From: Octopus bimaculoides
Lineage: Eukaryota
DNA: 36,643 bases
Assembly (NCBI RefSeq): GCF_001194135.2
Contig: NC_068997.1
Coordinates: 7,535,241 to 7,571,883 of the forward strand
Reading direction: 5' to 3'
This document shows positions 1 through 12,309 of the stretch, piece by piece; position 1 is the stretch's first letter; each line of letters begins with the position of its first letter. The translations under genes were made by a program, and so were the position numbers. The notes beneath the pieces were generated by a model. It worked only from the letters and a program-made list of their open reading frames with translations. It was not told the origin of the DNA and searched no databases.

Positions 1-41
<41 letters not shown>

Positions 42-931
42 GTATACAGGCACAGATCAACGACTTGATTAATGTTTTCTATAGACTTGATACCAATAAT
101 AATAATAATAATAATAATAATATTCCCTGGTGCTTGTTGTTATTTTGCACTCGACAAAGTTTAGATTTTCTGAAGGACAATAAAAATACAAAATACAAAA
201 ACAAACGCAACTAGTTCACGCAGGAAAAATAAAGATTGATCGTCAATTCGAAAACGGGTATACATATATACCTACATACATGCACACATACATAGATACG
301 CACATACGTACATGCATACATACGTAAAAATATAGATAGCTATATAAATAAATGCATAGACAGAAATGAGTGTATGCATGTGCTTTATTTGCAAGTATAT
401 ATGTGTATATATATATATATATAAAGTTCATACATACACTCATTTCTCTCTATGCATTTGTTTATATAACTACCTATATTTTTACGGATGTATGTATGTA
501 AGCGTACTTGTGTGCATGCATGCATGCATGTATGTATGTACGTATGTATTTATGTATGTATGTATGTATGTATATACATATGCTTACATATATACATATG
601 CATACATATATCTATGGTCATCATAATCGTATGAAGGCTGGGATGTTGGTAGGAAAGCATGACCTTGACTCATGGGAGAGTTAAAATTGCTGCTTGATCA
701 TTAAACGAACAAAGAACACACCACGGGAAGCAAGGAGAAAGCTAAATTTATCGAAAGCGATCAATTTACTGACCGGATCCCACAGTTGTGTGTGTTGCTA
801 TGGTAATGGGATGAAGGAAATTATAGCACAAGTACTTGTGGTTGTCATAGGCGTGTATGTAAATAATATTGTTACTCTGTGCTTGTATGACTGTGTGCGT
901 GAATGTGTGATCGCGTGTGCACGTGTGTGTG

Positions 932-964
<33 letters not shown>

Positions 965-1128
965 TTCACTTTCAAGAAAACTACGTCACTAGTCAGACCA
1001 CGTAGAGTCTGCATCTGATTCACTCTCAAATATATATCCGTCTTCTGAACTTTTATCGATAAGAAGCTATTGTGTATAAAGGTACAATACCTAACAATGT
1101 TTATACTGGTTTTAATACGCTCGCATTG

Positions 1129-1181
<53 letters not shown>

Positions 1182-1567
1182 TAGACATACGTACACGAAT
1201 TAACATCTACGAGTTATAATATATACACGAGTACATATTGTATCTTAATACACATTCGTTTGATATAAAATTGAGTTGAGTTTAAGTCAGAGACGCATTC
1301 GAGAAGAATTAGTTGGGAACGTCGTCTGGTCAAATCGGTGACATAGACCTCTTGAAGGAGAAATACACATGCGTCCATGCATATATGTATGCATCTCTCT
1401 GTGTCTCTGTCTGTTCATCTCAATCTCTCTCTCCACATAGAGACACACATATATAAATATATAATATCAAAAACTGTATTTATACAAATGTGTATATATA
1501 CACATACTACACATACGTATATGTATATATGTCTATATATATGTATATTATAAATCTCTCTCTCCCT

Positions 1568-1599
<32 letters not shown>

Positions 1600-1700
1600 T
1601 TTGGGGATGGTCATATTGCCAGTTTAGCCAATATTTATATATATACATACATACATATTTGTTGTGTGTGTATGTGTGTGCGTGTGTGTGCACACGAAAT
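1..1700. repeat. Compound microsatellite region: (TA)n 1-34, (AAT)n 94-122, (TATG)n ~490-610, (TG)n ~940-962, (CA)n ~1131-1177
   Basis: Directly visible; explains the C/V/Y/I/H/T-rich ORFs. Confidence 0.95.
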
Positions 1701-3060
1701 TCCCCATTGAAATCCCAGTCTGAATACAAACACCACTAACTAGTGAAGGAATAAGATTCATACAACATAATTTCCTTTCCAATTCAATGACTGCACGTGC
1801 AGAAACATGTATGGGACCGCGACGGGGACGATGGTTGCTCCTACTTACGCAAATCAAGTCATTGCATCCCAAGAAATTCAGATATATCAAAGATCTAATG
1901 TATGGAATTACTTTCTCCAAATACCTATTACAATATTGGAAACGATACTTAGATGACTGCTTCATTTGTTGGAGGCAGAGTCTGGAATAATTTAATCATT
2001 CCCACGACCTAATTAATAATATGAACAACACTATTCGCTTGACAATGGAATACAGTTGCAATCAACAACCGCTTCTAAATATTTTATTAATAAGAAGGCA
2101 ATTAACATAAAAATCGACGTTTGCTACAAACTGACAGATTCTTAACAATACTTGCTTTACTCAAAACACACCAAAACAAATATACCGAGGAGTATTTCAA
2201 TCATTTCGAATTTGGAAACCCGAAATATAAAGCTCCAAGAGCTCAAATAAATATAATTTAATAGACAATACTGAGCAGTGTTAATTCATGATGAGATAGA
2301 ATGTACCAAAGTGATGGACATTGAAGAATTACGAAGGACAAAAAGCAATTTAAATACACCAAATACTCTATATAGCAACACACAACCGAAGGAATACGGT
2401 AAGATACAATATTATCCATCAAAACACGCCATCATCGGAGTAAGAGTGAACGACAAGAAATGCACTGAAAACATTCAAAATAATTAAAAGCGAAGAAGAA
2501 TCAAAACTCCGAAAGAAATTACTGACTAGTGTCAAACTGCCATCTAAAAACACAACTCCAATAGTGAAAGAGGGTGTCTTCCTTATGGAAGACACAATCT
2601 ATAATTTTAAATCAGAACATATCTTTACAGTGAAAAATAATTCTTCCTGTTCATCAAAAAATTTAATTCATGCCGTTAAGTGTAAAAGTTGTAACAAAGG
2701 CTGCAAGGGTCAAACAAAACTATCTTTGAGAACCAGACTTATTATTCATCGGCAACAAATTCGAGATCTTAATCGTAGAAAGATTCCACTGAGCGAAGTT
2801 CATAAAGTTATAACATGCGCAGACATGTGACGGACATAAACTAAAAATTGAAACCGGAAAGCATTGTTTGGAAACTATCAATAAAGTCTTTAACAAAAAG
2901 GAAACAAAAAAGCCCGAAATTTCCAAATTAAATACTGATGTGTTTTCAAGGAATGACCAACAACTTGCTTTGGACAGAGCAACTAATGGACCATTCGATA
3001 TCAGTATAATAGTAATTCTTAACATTATTTACATTTGACGGATATTTATCCTCATCTTGT
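1698..3060 (+). mobile_element. Degenerate Penelope-like retroelement (RT + thumb + GIY-YIG endonuclease), frameshifted, with stops
   Basis: Across frameshifts: RT motif B' GTATGTMVAPTYAN (1813-1854), catalytic YWKRYLDDCFICW (YLDD 1946-1957), thumb-like IDVCYKLTDS (~2110-2140), and a GIY-YIG-like block CSSKNLIHAVKCKSCNKGCKGQTKLSLRTRLIIHRQQIRD (ORF 2564-2830). RT followed by a C-terminal GIY-YIG is diagnostic of PLEs. Confidence 0.88.
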
Positions 3061-3758
3061 CGCTATTAATTATTATTTTGAAATAAACGTTGTACTTCTC
3101 GCCATCAAAAGTTTGAAGGTTCAATATTGTGCTCGAACGTGTTTGTCTGAGGGATGTGTGTGCATGCATGTGTGTGCGTGTGCTTATGTGTGTATGCTTA
3201 AGTATGTATGTTTATGTGTGCTTTCTGTGAGTGTGTTTGAGTGTGTGTATGTGTTCATGCCGATGGGAAGTGTGTGAGTTTGGGTTCAAATCGATAGAAT
3301 GTGTAAAGATAAGAATCTGTTTCTGTGATTAGAAGTAAAATGGAGGTTGATAAATTAAATTTGTCATTCAGTGGGTTGGTATCTGAATAGATGCACTGAT
3401 ACGGGAGTCGAGCAGCCATGAAAGATTGTTTGTGAAAATGGAGTTCATTGGAGCATAAAGATAAAAATGAGGTTAATGGGTTTAGTTGGCCGCTAGGAGT
3501 TGAAGAAGTTTTTTTTAGTCCGGAAACAATGGCATTATCTTTTAATAAGATTTGATATTGTTGAGTAAATTAGTCCATGGGAGCAAAGGTTTGGAGTGTT
3601 GGAGTAGCGCCAGAGAGGGAACTTACAAATAAGAACGCGCGCACACACACAAAATGGTGACGTACACAAACGTAAAGGGATGAATGTATACATACATGGT
3701 ATACAGATGTGTTCACAAATACATACATACATACATACATATATATATTTACATACAG

Positions 3759-3793
<35 letters not shown>

Positions 3794-3879
3794 ACGCACA
3801 CAACTATAAGCATACATACATAAAATGACATGCAAAGAATTACGCTACATACATATGTGGATGTAGATGTGCACATTCT

Positions 3880-4800
3880 TCACATTGCGATGCATTTACA
3901 CATTCTGCACATTCGAATGCATTATGAAAAGATTCTCGTGTGTCAACAAGTTTGGATTTCGTGAACAATGAATCGCCATCTTCATCCTCCTCAATACCTC
4001 TGTTGTCATCGACTCCTTCCGTTAATATCCAAGGCCCCTCTCTGTCTTCTAGCCACATTCTAACCTCATCTTCTGTTGTGTCTGTTTCTTCTGCTCTCCG
4101 AAATCTACGATGAAATCTCTTGTATCGAATTCCTCCGAATCTTTTCCTATCTCAACACCGTGCATCGGTTAATAGGATTGTCTTCGGTGACTTCAATGAA
4201 ACCCCTAAATTGAATTGTGCTGATTTAAGGTTTAAAGTCTTTGATGTTATTGAGGATTCTTTTACGCTGTTCGTCTTCCATTGTATTACTCTCTTCTAGA
4301 ATCACGAGAGCTTAATTTCATGGCTTCGTTCGTTTAATAGTTTATAGACTATAGCTATACTTTGATCAATTCTCTGGATTACGGACGTAACACGGGGTAA
4401 TATCTCAATAATCCGACCAATGGATCAACATACACCATATTTTCCTGTCACTCTTTGAAAAATTAGTGACCCTTGAGTGAGTAGATGCCTTGTCCAGGAT
4501 TAGCAATGCATTCACCTCAGCAGAAGTTAAATTTCAATTAAATATAGCATTTGATTACTTGTTTTCTTTATTCAAAAATCGAACAAAACTTATGGGATGA
4601 CCTGATATGTCCACCTTGACTGATTTGACTTTTTCCACCATCATTTTTATTGTTTTTTTTTTCACCTTGAAATCCGTCCTGCAAATTTCTTTCAGTCTTT
4701 TGGCTCTGCATTTTCAACCGTTTGGAAATTCTTCGATTCACATTTCCAATAAAAGTGGATTTTCAAAGTGAATTCCAATGACAAAAACATCGCCAACTGA
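3880..4800 (-). mobile_element. Degenerate pogo/Tigger-family DDE transposase remnant (C-terminal half)
   Basis: Minus strand reads NALLILDKASTHS (4471-4512) and LPRVTSVIQRIDQSIAIVYK (4341-4400), matching the pogo/Tigger motifs ALLILDNAPxH and LPPNxTSxxQPxDQGII. An acidic tail (WLEDREGPWILTEGVDDNRGIEEDEDGDS...HNAFECAE) is typical of Tigger C-termini. The 5' part runs into the gap at 4804. Confidence 0.8.
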
Positions 4801-4973
4801 GGANNNNNNNNNNNNNNNNNNNNNNNNNNNNNNNNNNNNNNNNNNNNNNNNNNNNNNNNNNNNNNNNNNNNNNNNNNNNNNNNNNNNNNNNNNNNNNNNN
4901 NNNNNNNNNNNNNNNNNNNNNNNNNNNNNNNNNNNNNNNNNNNNNNNNNNNNNNNNNNNNNNNNNNNNNNNNN

Positions 4974-5395
4974 TTATTATACACCTGCCCCACCTCCTGC
5001 TCCTCCTGCTGCTCTCCCTCTTCCATCTCCTCCTCCTCTTTCACATCTCCTTCCTCCACCTTCTTCTTCTTCTTCTTCTTCTTCTTCTTCTTCTTCTTCT
5101 TCTTCTTCTTCTTCTTCTTCTTCTTCTTCTTCTTCTTCCTCCACATCTCCTTCATCTCCTTCCTCTACCTCCTTCTCTATTTTTTCTTCCTTCTCCTCCA
5201 CCTCATCACCCTCCTCCGATTCCTCCACGTCTTCTTCCTCTTCTGCCTCCACCCCTTTCTCATCCTTTCTTCCTCCTCTTTTTCTTCCTTTTCCACCTCA
5301 TCATCTTCCTTCTCTTCCTCCACCTCTTTCCCCCCTATTCCCCATCCCCCGCCTCACCACTTCCCCTTCATCATCATTCCTTTATCCTCTCTATT
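4974..5395. repeat. (CTT)n/(CCT)n pyrimidine-rich low-complexity tract
   Basis: Long perfect (CTT)n at about 5060-5137 within degenerate CCT/CTT repeats; source of the poly-K/E/L ORFs. Confidence 0.95.
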
Positions 5396-6124
5396 TAACA
5401 GTGTTCGTGCTTCATAGAAGAAACAAATTTTCCTGAAACTACAGCAATACAAACGATTGAACAAATGATCTTTTTTCTCTCTAGCAGAAATTCTGAGACA
5501 AGTTGCTCAGCCAAAATTGTTTATGCCACTGAAAATCAAGTTATTTCTGCGATATTTCATAAAGGCTTGATTTTATGTGAGTTTTAGTTTTATTTTTTTC
5601 ATTTCCACATCTCATTTATTTTGTGTTGCTATCTATATTCCTCGGGATTTATTAATGCATCAAGAGAAAATAAGCAAGGGAGATCTTAGCCTTGTCTTCC
5701 AATCACGATTTTGCGTAATCACAGATTAGAACAAAACATGTCATTCAAGACTATTTTATAACTTGATATTGTAATATTTGATGTACGAGATTTCATGATA
5801 TCAATTGTTCTGATAGCCAGAGATTATAATCTCGGCTTCCTCTTTATTCATTATCTCTTACAACATGTGATTACAACTATGTTTCCTCCGAACACATTTT
5901 CAAGTTTTCTTTTATTTCTATTTCCTCTTTTATTACCGCTTTTCTTTTCGTATTTTCACCCTAAGCAGAGTTTTCTATGCAAGTAAGACCCGCGCGTTGT
6001 TGGGCAATGTAAAGCATCAAAACAAAACACTACTTTACTCTCTCGCCTGCTTTTGCCTTTCACTTATGAAAATTAGTGTCCTTCTTGTATTAAAACAAAA
6101 TCGAATAAGTTTCCACGTATGTAA

Positions 6125-6336
6125 GCTTCCAGTGGGTCTCTACACGGTCACCGGGCTTGCAAAATAGCAAGCAAATCCACATCAAGTCACAACCTGATTT
6201 CTAAAATACGGAAGGCCACATTAGATAATGTAGGACTACGTATCCCTTAAGCGCTGGCTGGTTGTTCATGATTAGAATGCTTGTAATCATAGGTCTTCTT
6301 GACTAGAGCTTACTTGGAACCAAACAACAAAAACAA
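6125..6336 (+). mobile_element. Probable short interspersed repeat with (AAC)n tail; diverged relative at ~19565-19856
   Basis: Both end in AAACAAC(AAC) tails and share weak body similarity (CATCAA...TAAAA..CG..G..ACATT..AATG). Similarity is weak by eye. Confidence 0.35.
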
Positions 6337-9300
6337 CCAGAGATTTTAAGAGCCAGCGTTGGAAACTCTATGTGGCCTTTGATATGCGAGAAACAGCCGT
6401 CGTGTTTCTCTCAAATTACATTCCGAATATTTATATCAATGGAGAGACGTAATTAGGATAAAGTCATTATTTAATGATTTATCAGTGGCAAGCATACAGT
6501 AAATACCATAATGGTTAATTGATATTAAAATTATAATAAGGTTGTTGAATGATTACAAAACCAGTCTGCTAGAAATAGACCCCAAATGGTCTATGAACTA
6601 CTTAGATTATTACTCCACTATGCAAGGTTGTTAGCGAGGAAAACAGACTGCGAGGATTTATAAAATAATTTGGATTGTACTATATCTATAGATTTCACGG
6701 TTTGAGTTATTAAAAACCCTTTCCGATCATCAGTACCTCCATAAACGTAAATAAAGTTCATGCATTCCTCACGTATTCACGAATTGAAATCCAAGCGCCT
6801 ATTTTAACCATGTGATTATTTACTCAGAATAGTTCTGCAGTAAATATTTTACAGGAGTTAATTAATATATATTTTTACTATCCAAATTATTTTATAAGTC
6901 CTCACTGTCTATTTCTCTCGCTTCAATATCAATGGATATAAATACCTAAGACTATTTGGTTCTTTAACCTTCTTCGGTAAGGACTTACGGGAGTTTATAG
7001 CGATATTTAACTGCCTTTAGATAGGTCCATAAAATCAAATGTTGGGGAAGGGTCTGTCTCGTACTGTTCAATGATTAATTATGCTCAAACTGAAGAAGCT
7101 AAGAATCAGAAGCCACATAAAACCCACTTATTTATGAATGGGTATTGATATCAACAAAGCTTTTCCTCCCGTAATATACTAGCAAGTTCTAAATGTATTC
7201 TTTACTTATAGCAGTCATTGGACTGCAGCTATTACGATAAATATAATTATATAAATACATATCCATCCATCTATCCATCCACCCATCCACCCATGCACAC
7301 ATACACATATACACACATGTGTGAGTGTGAATATCAAGGTCAACCCTCTACTCCTTCTACACATGCATAAATAAATGCATGCACACAGAAACAGAGATAA
7401 ATAAATATATATATGTGCGTGTGTCTACATATATATATATGTACATATATAAATATACATATATGTTTAGGTGTATGTAATTGCTTCAAGTTTAACTGCT
7501 ATTATCAACATAATAACCACTACCACCACCACCACCACCACAACAAGAACAGCAAGGTCTGTTACATTGAGGAGAACACACATACACACACACACATATA
7601 TACGCAAACAGAAAATATGTTTGTGCATCTGTATATGTGGTGCATGTTTCGTCACATCCACTCATAGTATCATAAGAATGCTTTTTAAACATTAATGCTT
7701 ATTCCAAAATAAATAACGATACAGAAAAATCAATATCAGATAGGAATTAGAAGCTTGATTACTAGACCTATAGACTTAACACTTCATTAATTATAAATAC
7801 GATGCAGGCACAAATACACCCACGCGTATCCATACCCTCATGCTCATAACATCGGACGACTACAGATGTACATTGACATGTTTACGTACATACGTCCATA
7901 CACTTAGACACACATGCATATATAATATACGTCCATATCATATATTCTTGAGAATAATTACGAGTAACTCTGAAGACACACACACATGTTTATTTATGTA
8001 TATGAATATATATATATATATATATATATANNNNNNNNNNNNNNNNNNNNNNNNNNNNNNNNNNNNNNNNNNNNNNNNNNNNNNNNNNNNNNNNNNNNNN
8101 NNNNNNNNNNNNNNNNNNNNNNNNNNNNNNNNNNNNNNNNNNNNNNNNNNNNNNNNNNNNNNNNNNNNNNNNNNNNNNNNNNNNNNNNNNNNNNNNNNNN
8201 NNNNNNNNNNNNNNNNNNNNNNNNNNNNNNNTATATATATCGGCGTGAGTTTGCATATGAGTGTTTAATATATATATATTAACATACAAACACACATGTA
8301 TATATATATATACGTAGAAATACATACGAAACCAGAAAAAAACACACACTTCAGCATTATTATATATGCTTCTACACATCTAAATAAGTTTGTATATTTT
8401 TGTCTCTTGAGAGTTTTGGTAATTATTCTCAACAGTAGGCGATATATTCACATATGTGAGTGTGTACATAAGAATGTGTACGCGCCCGCATGCATGTGTG
8501 TGTGTTTGTGTGTGTGCACGTCAGTATGTATGCATGTCTGTCTGTCTGTATGTATGTATGGATTGATGGATGTTCTCTTCTATTTTCAATTATTTAAATT
8601 CTTCCTCTGAGGAAGGAACTGGTTTCTAACAAAGATATAAAGCCTCACCGTTGGAATGTAGATAACAAAAATAAAATCACATTTTAAACTTGATAAAAGC
8701 ATTGCATATTTTTATTGTTCCACTTACAGATAATTTCTGTATATTTCTTGTGCGGTTCATTTGTTTAAAGGACTACATTTCTGCTTATATATATAAGGAA
8801 AGACATTACCAGTGAGCAAGTCAATACAGATGTTTCTCACTGGTAATTTCTCATAACACCTTCTGCAAGACATTCTTAAGATTTAAATGATTATAAACAA
8901 AATCACTTGATTTCCTTCAGAACCTTTTTTCTAGCAAGTAGTTGGCCGGTCATAGTTTACTCTGAATTGAAAAGAGTAAGGAATTACATATATACATACA
9001 CGCGCACACATACACACGCACACATACACGTGCATGTATGTGTGTTTGTGTGTAAGTATAACGTATGTATATTTGCATGCGTGTATATGTGATTGTGTGA
9101 CCTTGCATGTTGGGGGAATCTGTCATTGCCTAAGGCTCTCTATCTCTTTCTCTTTGCATGCGCACACGTATATGTCTTTGTGTTTGTCTGTGTTTCTGAT
9201 AGTGCATGCGTGTGTATGTGTGTTTGTAACGTTGAAAAGTTTGTGAATTTAGATGTGTGTTTTGAAAGAAGTTCCAATATTGAAAGCCAACAACTACGGT

Positions 9301-10165
9301 ACACAGCTGGAAGGAAATTATTCGTCATAATGACAAGTATTTCAAGTCTAAAGTATTTATCGAGAAATTTCTTATCTAAAATAAGTTCATTATTTAAGAT
9401 ATTGTTGCTGGCATTTCAGTTAATATCTTTGGAATATTTCGAAAGAACCAATCTTCGGTAATTACATTAAAGGCTAGACGAATTTTGAGAAATATCTGAA
9501 TGCGACTATAAAATTTCATGAAGTATATATTTCCATTACAATTATTTTACATACATACATACACACACATACACACACACGGGGGAATATGTATGTGCGT
9601 AGACAAACACATCCACCCTACCACGCAAAGCTGCCATCGCAATACGATTGATTTAACAGATATATACTTGCGACATACGCACAAACAATTCGACACGTAC
9701 ATAATCACACAGACGCACACACAGACACACAGACACAGACACACAGACACAGACATACAGACACACACACACAGATAAGTCTACACTTTCCTACACACTG
9801 ATGTATACGTTCACACTAATACACACACAAGCAATGTTCTACTACACGTCGCCCCTAATCCTTCTGCGGTCGTTGAATACCACCCAAGGTCGGCCCGTTA
9901 CTTTCAATCGGTCCATGACAACGATGTAAACTAACGACACACTTGGGCATTCCTACTGGACTTTTCCTTTCTATTGTTGATAGTTTTTTTCTTTTTCTCT
10001 TTCCGCTTAGAGTTTGTATTCCATATAACACAATGTCCGGAGCATCATAATCAGCTCCTCCCACTCTTGCAAGTAGCAACATAGGAATTTTGTGTTTGTA
10101 GCCTTGAGAGAACCTCTCTTATGAGCACTTGGTGCATAAAACACACACACGAAACATAATAGACG

Positions 10166-10267
10166 AGATTCATCTGTTATGGGTGCCGGAACTCCCATAT
10201 CACATAATTTCAGTCTACTAGACATCATCAGTGGGAGGCGTCCTGTCACCGCATAACAGACAAATCT
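10166..10267 (-). ncRNA. Type I hammerhead ribozyme (HHR-1) at the tip of a long hairpin
   Basis: Minus strand: CUCCCA-CUGAUGA-U[GUCU agu AGAC]U-GAAA-UUAUGUGA-UA-UGGGAG (core 10192-10237). Perfect 6-bp stem I, 4-bp stem II, self-complementary stem III, AUA cleavage triplet (cut between 10198 and 10197). Stem I extends via GGUG/CACC and a 16-bp helix AGAUUUGUCUGUUAUG/CAUAACAGAUGAAUCU. Confidence 0.85.
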
Positions 10268-10565
10268 TGTTGTCACGATATATTGGATATTTGTATCTTT
10301 TCAGACACTGATGTTGCAAAAAGCCAGCAGGCTTATCAAAAATCAATTATTAGCGACGGAAGCTGTACTAGTAGCAAATGGCAATATTTATACCAAACGT
10401 AACGTAGATGTCTTGCTAGAACACCGAATACTTCGTTATTAGCCGCCGTGAGAGAGCCTCTCACACAGGCATTTGGTGTATAAAGTACACACATAGATAA
10501 TAGCAAACGAGAACCGCCTGCTAACCAGTGTCTGAAAAAAGCTGATATTCTGTTTATCATAGCAG

Positions 10566-10671
10566 CGAGATTTGCCTGTTGTGCGTCGACCGGATGCCTT
10601 CCACTGATGATGCCCAGTAAACTGAAATCATGTGATATGGAAGTTCGCGTGACCATAACAGATGGTTCTCG
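10566..10671 (+). ncRNA. Type I hammerhead ribozyme (HHR-2), paralog of HHR-1, stem II damaged
   Basis: CUUCCA-CUGAUGA-UGCCCAGUAAACU-GAAA-UCAUGUGA-UA-UGGAAG (core 10598-10643). Stem I is perfect; stem III AUCAUGUGAU is palindromic with G-U pairs; stem II keeps only one good pair. Confidence 0.75.
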
Positions 10672-11499
10672 TTTGCTACTCGTTTGTTATTGCTGTTGTC
10701 ATTGCCGTTGCAACTGTTGCTGCTGTTGTTCTTCTTGTTGTAGTTGCCGTTCCAACTGTACCATGGAAGCTAATAGGTCTTCCATGCTAAGAACATCCAC
10801 AGCGAGCTTCAAATGTCTCGTCACCACTCTTATATCTTTGCGTTTGGATATAGACTACACTGTAACAGTGTTATAACACTACAAACACTAAATCAGTAAT
10901 GAACACCTAACAAACTTATATCTCTTCTCAACGACTTCTACGACTGCCTTCACAAATGCGACTGCACACACCACACTGTACCTCGCACTGTCAGTACGTA
11001 TGTACCTTTATAAGGTTTAGAACAGTTCACTTGCTATCCCACAGAGATGTCAGGATTTCACCATAACACAGATGAAGAAGCAAGCAATATTTATTCTAGT
11101 TGCAAAGAAACACAAACAGGTTTTAAGACATTGGAGTACATAAAAAGTGAGCGTGTGAACCGCTCTGGTATCGGAGTCAGAGACGCTCAACAAAAATAGA
11201 GATGGTGTAAGCTTCTTTACAAACAAGTCTTGTAGAATGAAACTAGAGTTTGTTCAAATATGCCCACTCAATGTACGACATGAGAAAAATAATAAAACAA
11301 AATCACGACAACGTCGCTAAACTTTTTATATCTATATCAAAATGTGGTGTAACTTCGTTCATCCAATATGGCGACATACTGCAAACGACTTCCGGATCAT
11401 AAGCAATGGCACACGTCAGTGAATGAAGGCGTGTTATGGGCCCTAGGATTCACAAGGCCGGAAAATGACTCAGTTTCTGTGATTGAGATGACAACACAC

Positions 11500-11693
11500 C
11501 CATCACTCTGGATGGGATGCCAGTCCATCCCAGGCTTAACTTTCCAGACTGGAACTCATTTGCAGCTGAGTGACCTGGATCAATGAGAAACGAAGTGTTT
11601 TTCTGAAGAGCACAACGCAGTGCTCGGTCCGGAAATCGAAACAACTGTATTACAATCGTGAGTGCAACCCATCCGAACTATTAGGCGCATACC
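11500..11693 (-). mobile_element. tRNA-derived SINE, degenerate (same family as 24625-24905)
   Basis: The minus strand has a tRNA-like head with B-box GTTTCGATTTCC. The body CAGCTGAGTG..GG..CAA.G..A...AGTG is shared with 24820-24880. Confidence 0.7.
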
Positions 11694-11840
11694 TTCTCTT
11701 CTTAATGTATGGAGCTAGTATCGCCCCATACCACTCCAGTCCAGAAATCTGCTTCTCATCCTCTCACTGAATCCCACAAATAGAAATATTTCTTTATACG
11801 TCTTTCTCTGCTCTGAACACCTTCTAAGCGCAACCGAATG

Positions 11841-12240
11841 ATATTGATTTGGGTGTAGAAAAACGTGTGCAGATAATTTGTGAAAGTGGTGTAACGTTTC
11901 GCGATGACCGATACTTGAACACGATCTGAAAAACATTTTGGCCCGTCTGACCAGAACCAGGTAGCCAATCACTCTCACCTACCAGGAAAGAAAATCCCAT
12001 GACCATCAAGATTACATTACATGTAGCATAGATATAACATCAAGAGATCTATAGATCTGTCAATTAATATTGATTTTGCTGTAGAAAAGTGTATGTAGAT
12101 AATTTACGAAAGTGATATAATGTTTTGCTATATTGATACCAACTTTTCATTAAACCTTCATGTGACAATAAATATTTAAACAATCCTGGCGCCTCACCAG
12201 ACCACAACAATATTGACCAGTTCACATCACCCACCTATAA
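11841..12240. repeat. Diverged direct repeat, period 226 bp, upstream of the second PLE remnant
   Basis: 11841-11914 (ATATTGATTTGGGTGTAGAAAAACG...GATAC) aligns with 12067-12139 (ATATTGATTTTGCTGTAGAAAAGTG...GATAC); differences are mostly transitions. Confidence 0.75.
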
Positions 12241-12309
12241 AGTTCCCTATTGAACGTTGGAAGAATGGACTGAATCTACCCAGACTCCAACAGTTTACGA
12301 CCAAATAAA

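Larger units (their letters stand above)
10081..10680. repeat. Hammerhead-bearing repeat cluster: minus unit (10081-10310), minus-strand tail copy (~10415-10525), inverted plus unit (10526-10680)
   Basis: Shared anchor CAGTGTCTGAAAA at 10526 (+) and at 10310 (-). Shared tail GAGAGGTTCTCTCAAGG / GAGAGGCTCTCTCACGG. Tandem spacing is 344 bp (10164 vs 10508). Confidence 0.85.

Noticed and set aside
6712-6740. Minus-strand CTGATGA-TCG-GAAA
   Set aside because: There is no room for stem II and no stem I complement.
8805-8847. 12-bp perfect inverted repeat ATTACCAGTGAG/CTCACTGGTAAT; a 9-bp one at 31545-31580
   Set aside because: Isolated short hairpins are expected occasionally in AT-rich DNA, and there is no supporting context.
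10604-10626. TGATGA...CTGA as C/D-box snoRNA
   Set aside because: The spacing is far too short; the hammerhead fold with covariation explains it better.
11604-11642. CTGAAGA-GCAC(aacgca)GTGC...GAAA hammerhead-like string
   Set aside because: It lies inside a SINE body and has no stem I or III; coincidental.
11885-11930. AACGTTTCGC...GATCTG, antisense hammerhead candidate in the 226-bp repeat
   Set aside because: The CUGANGA box matches only 4/7 and there is no stem I.
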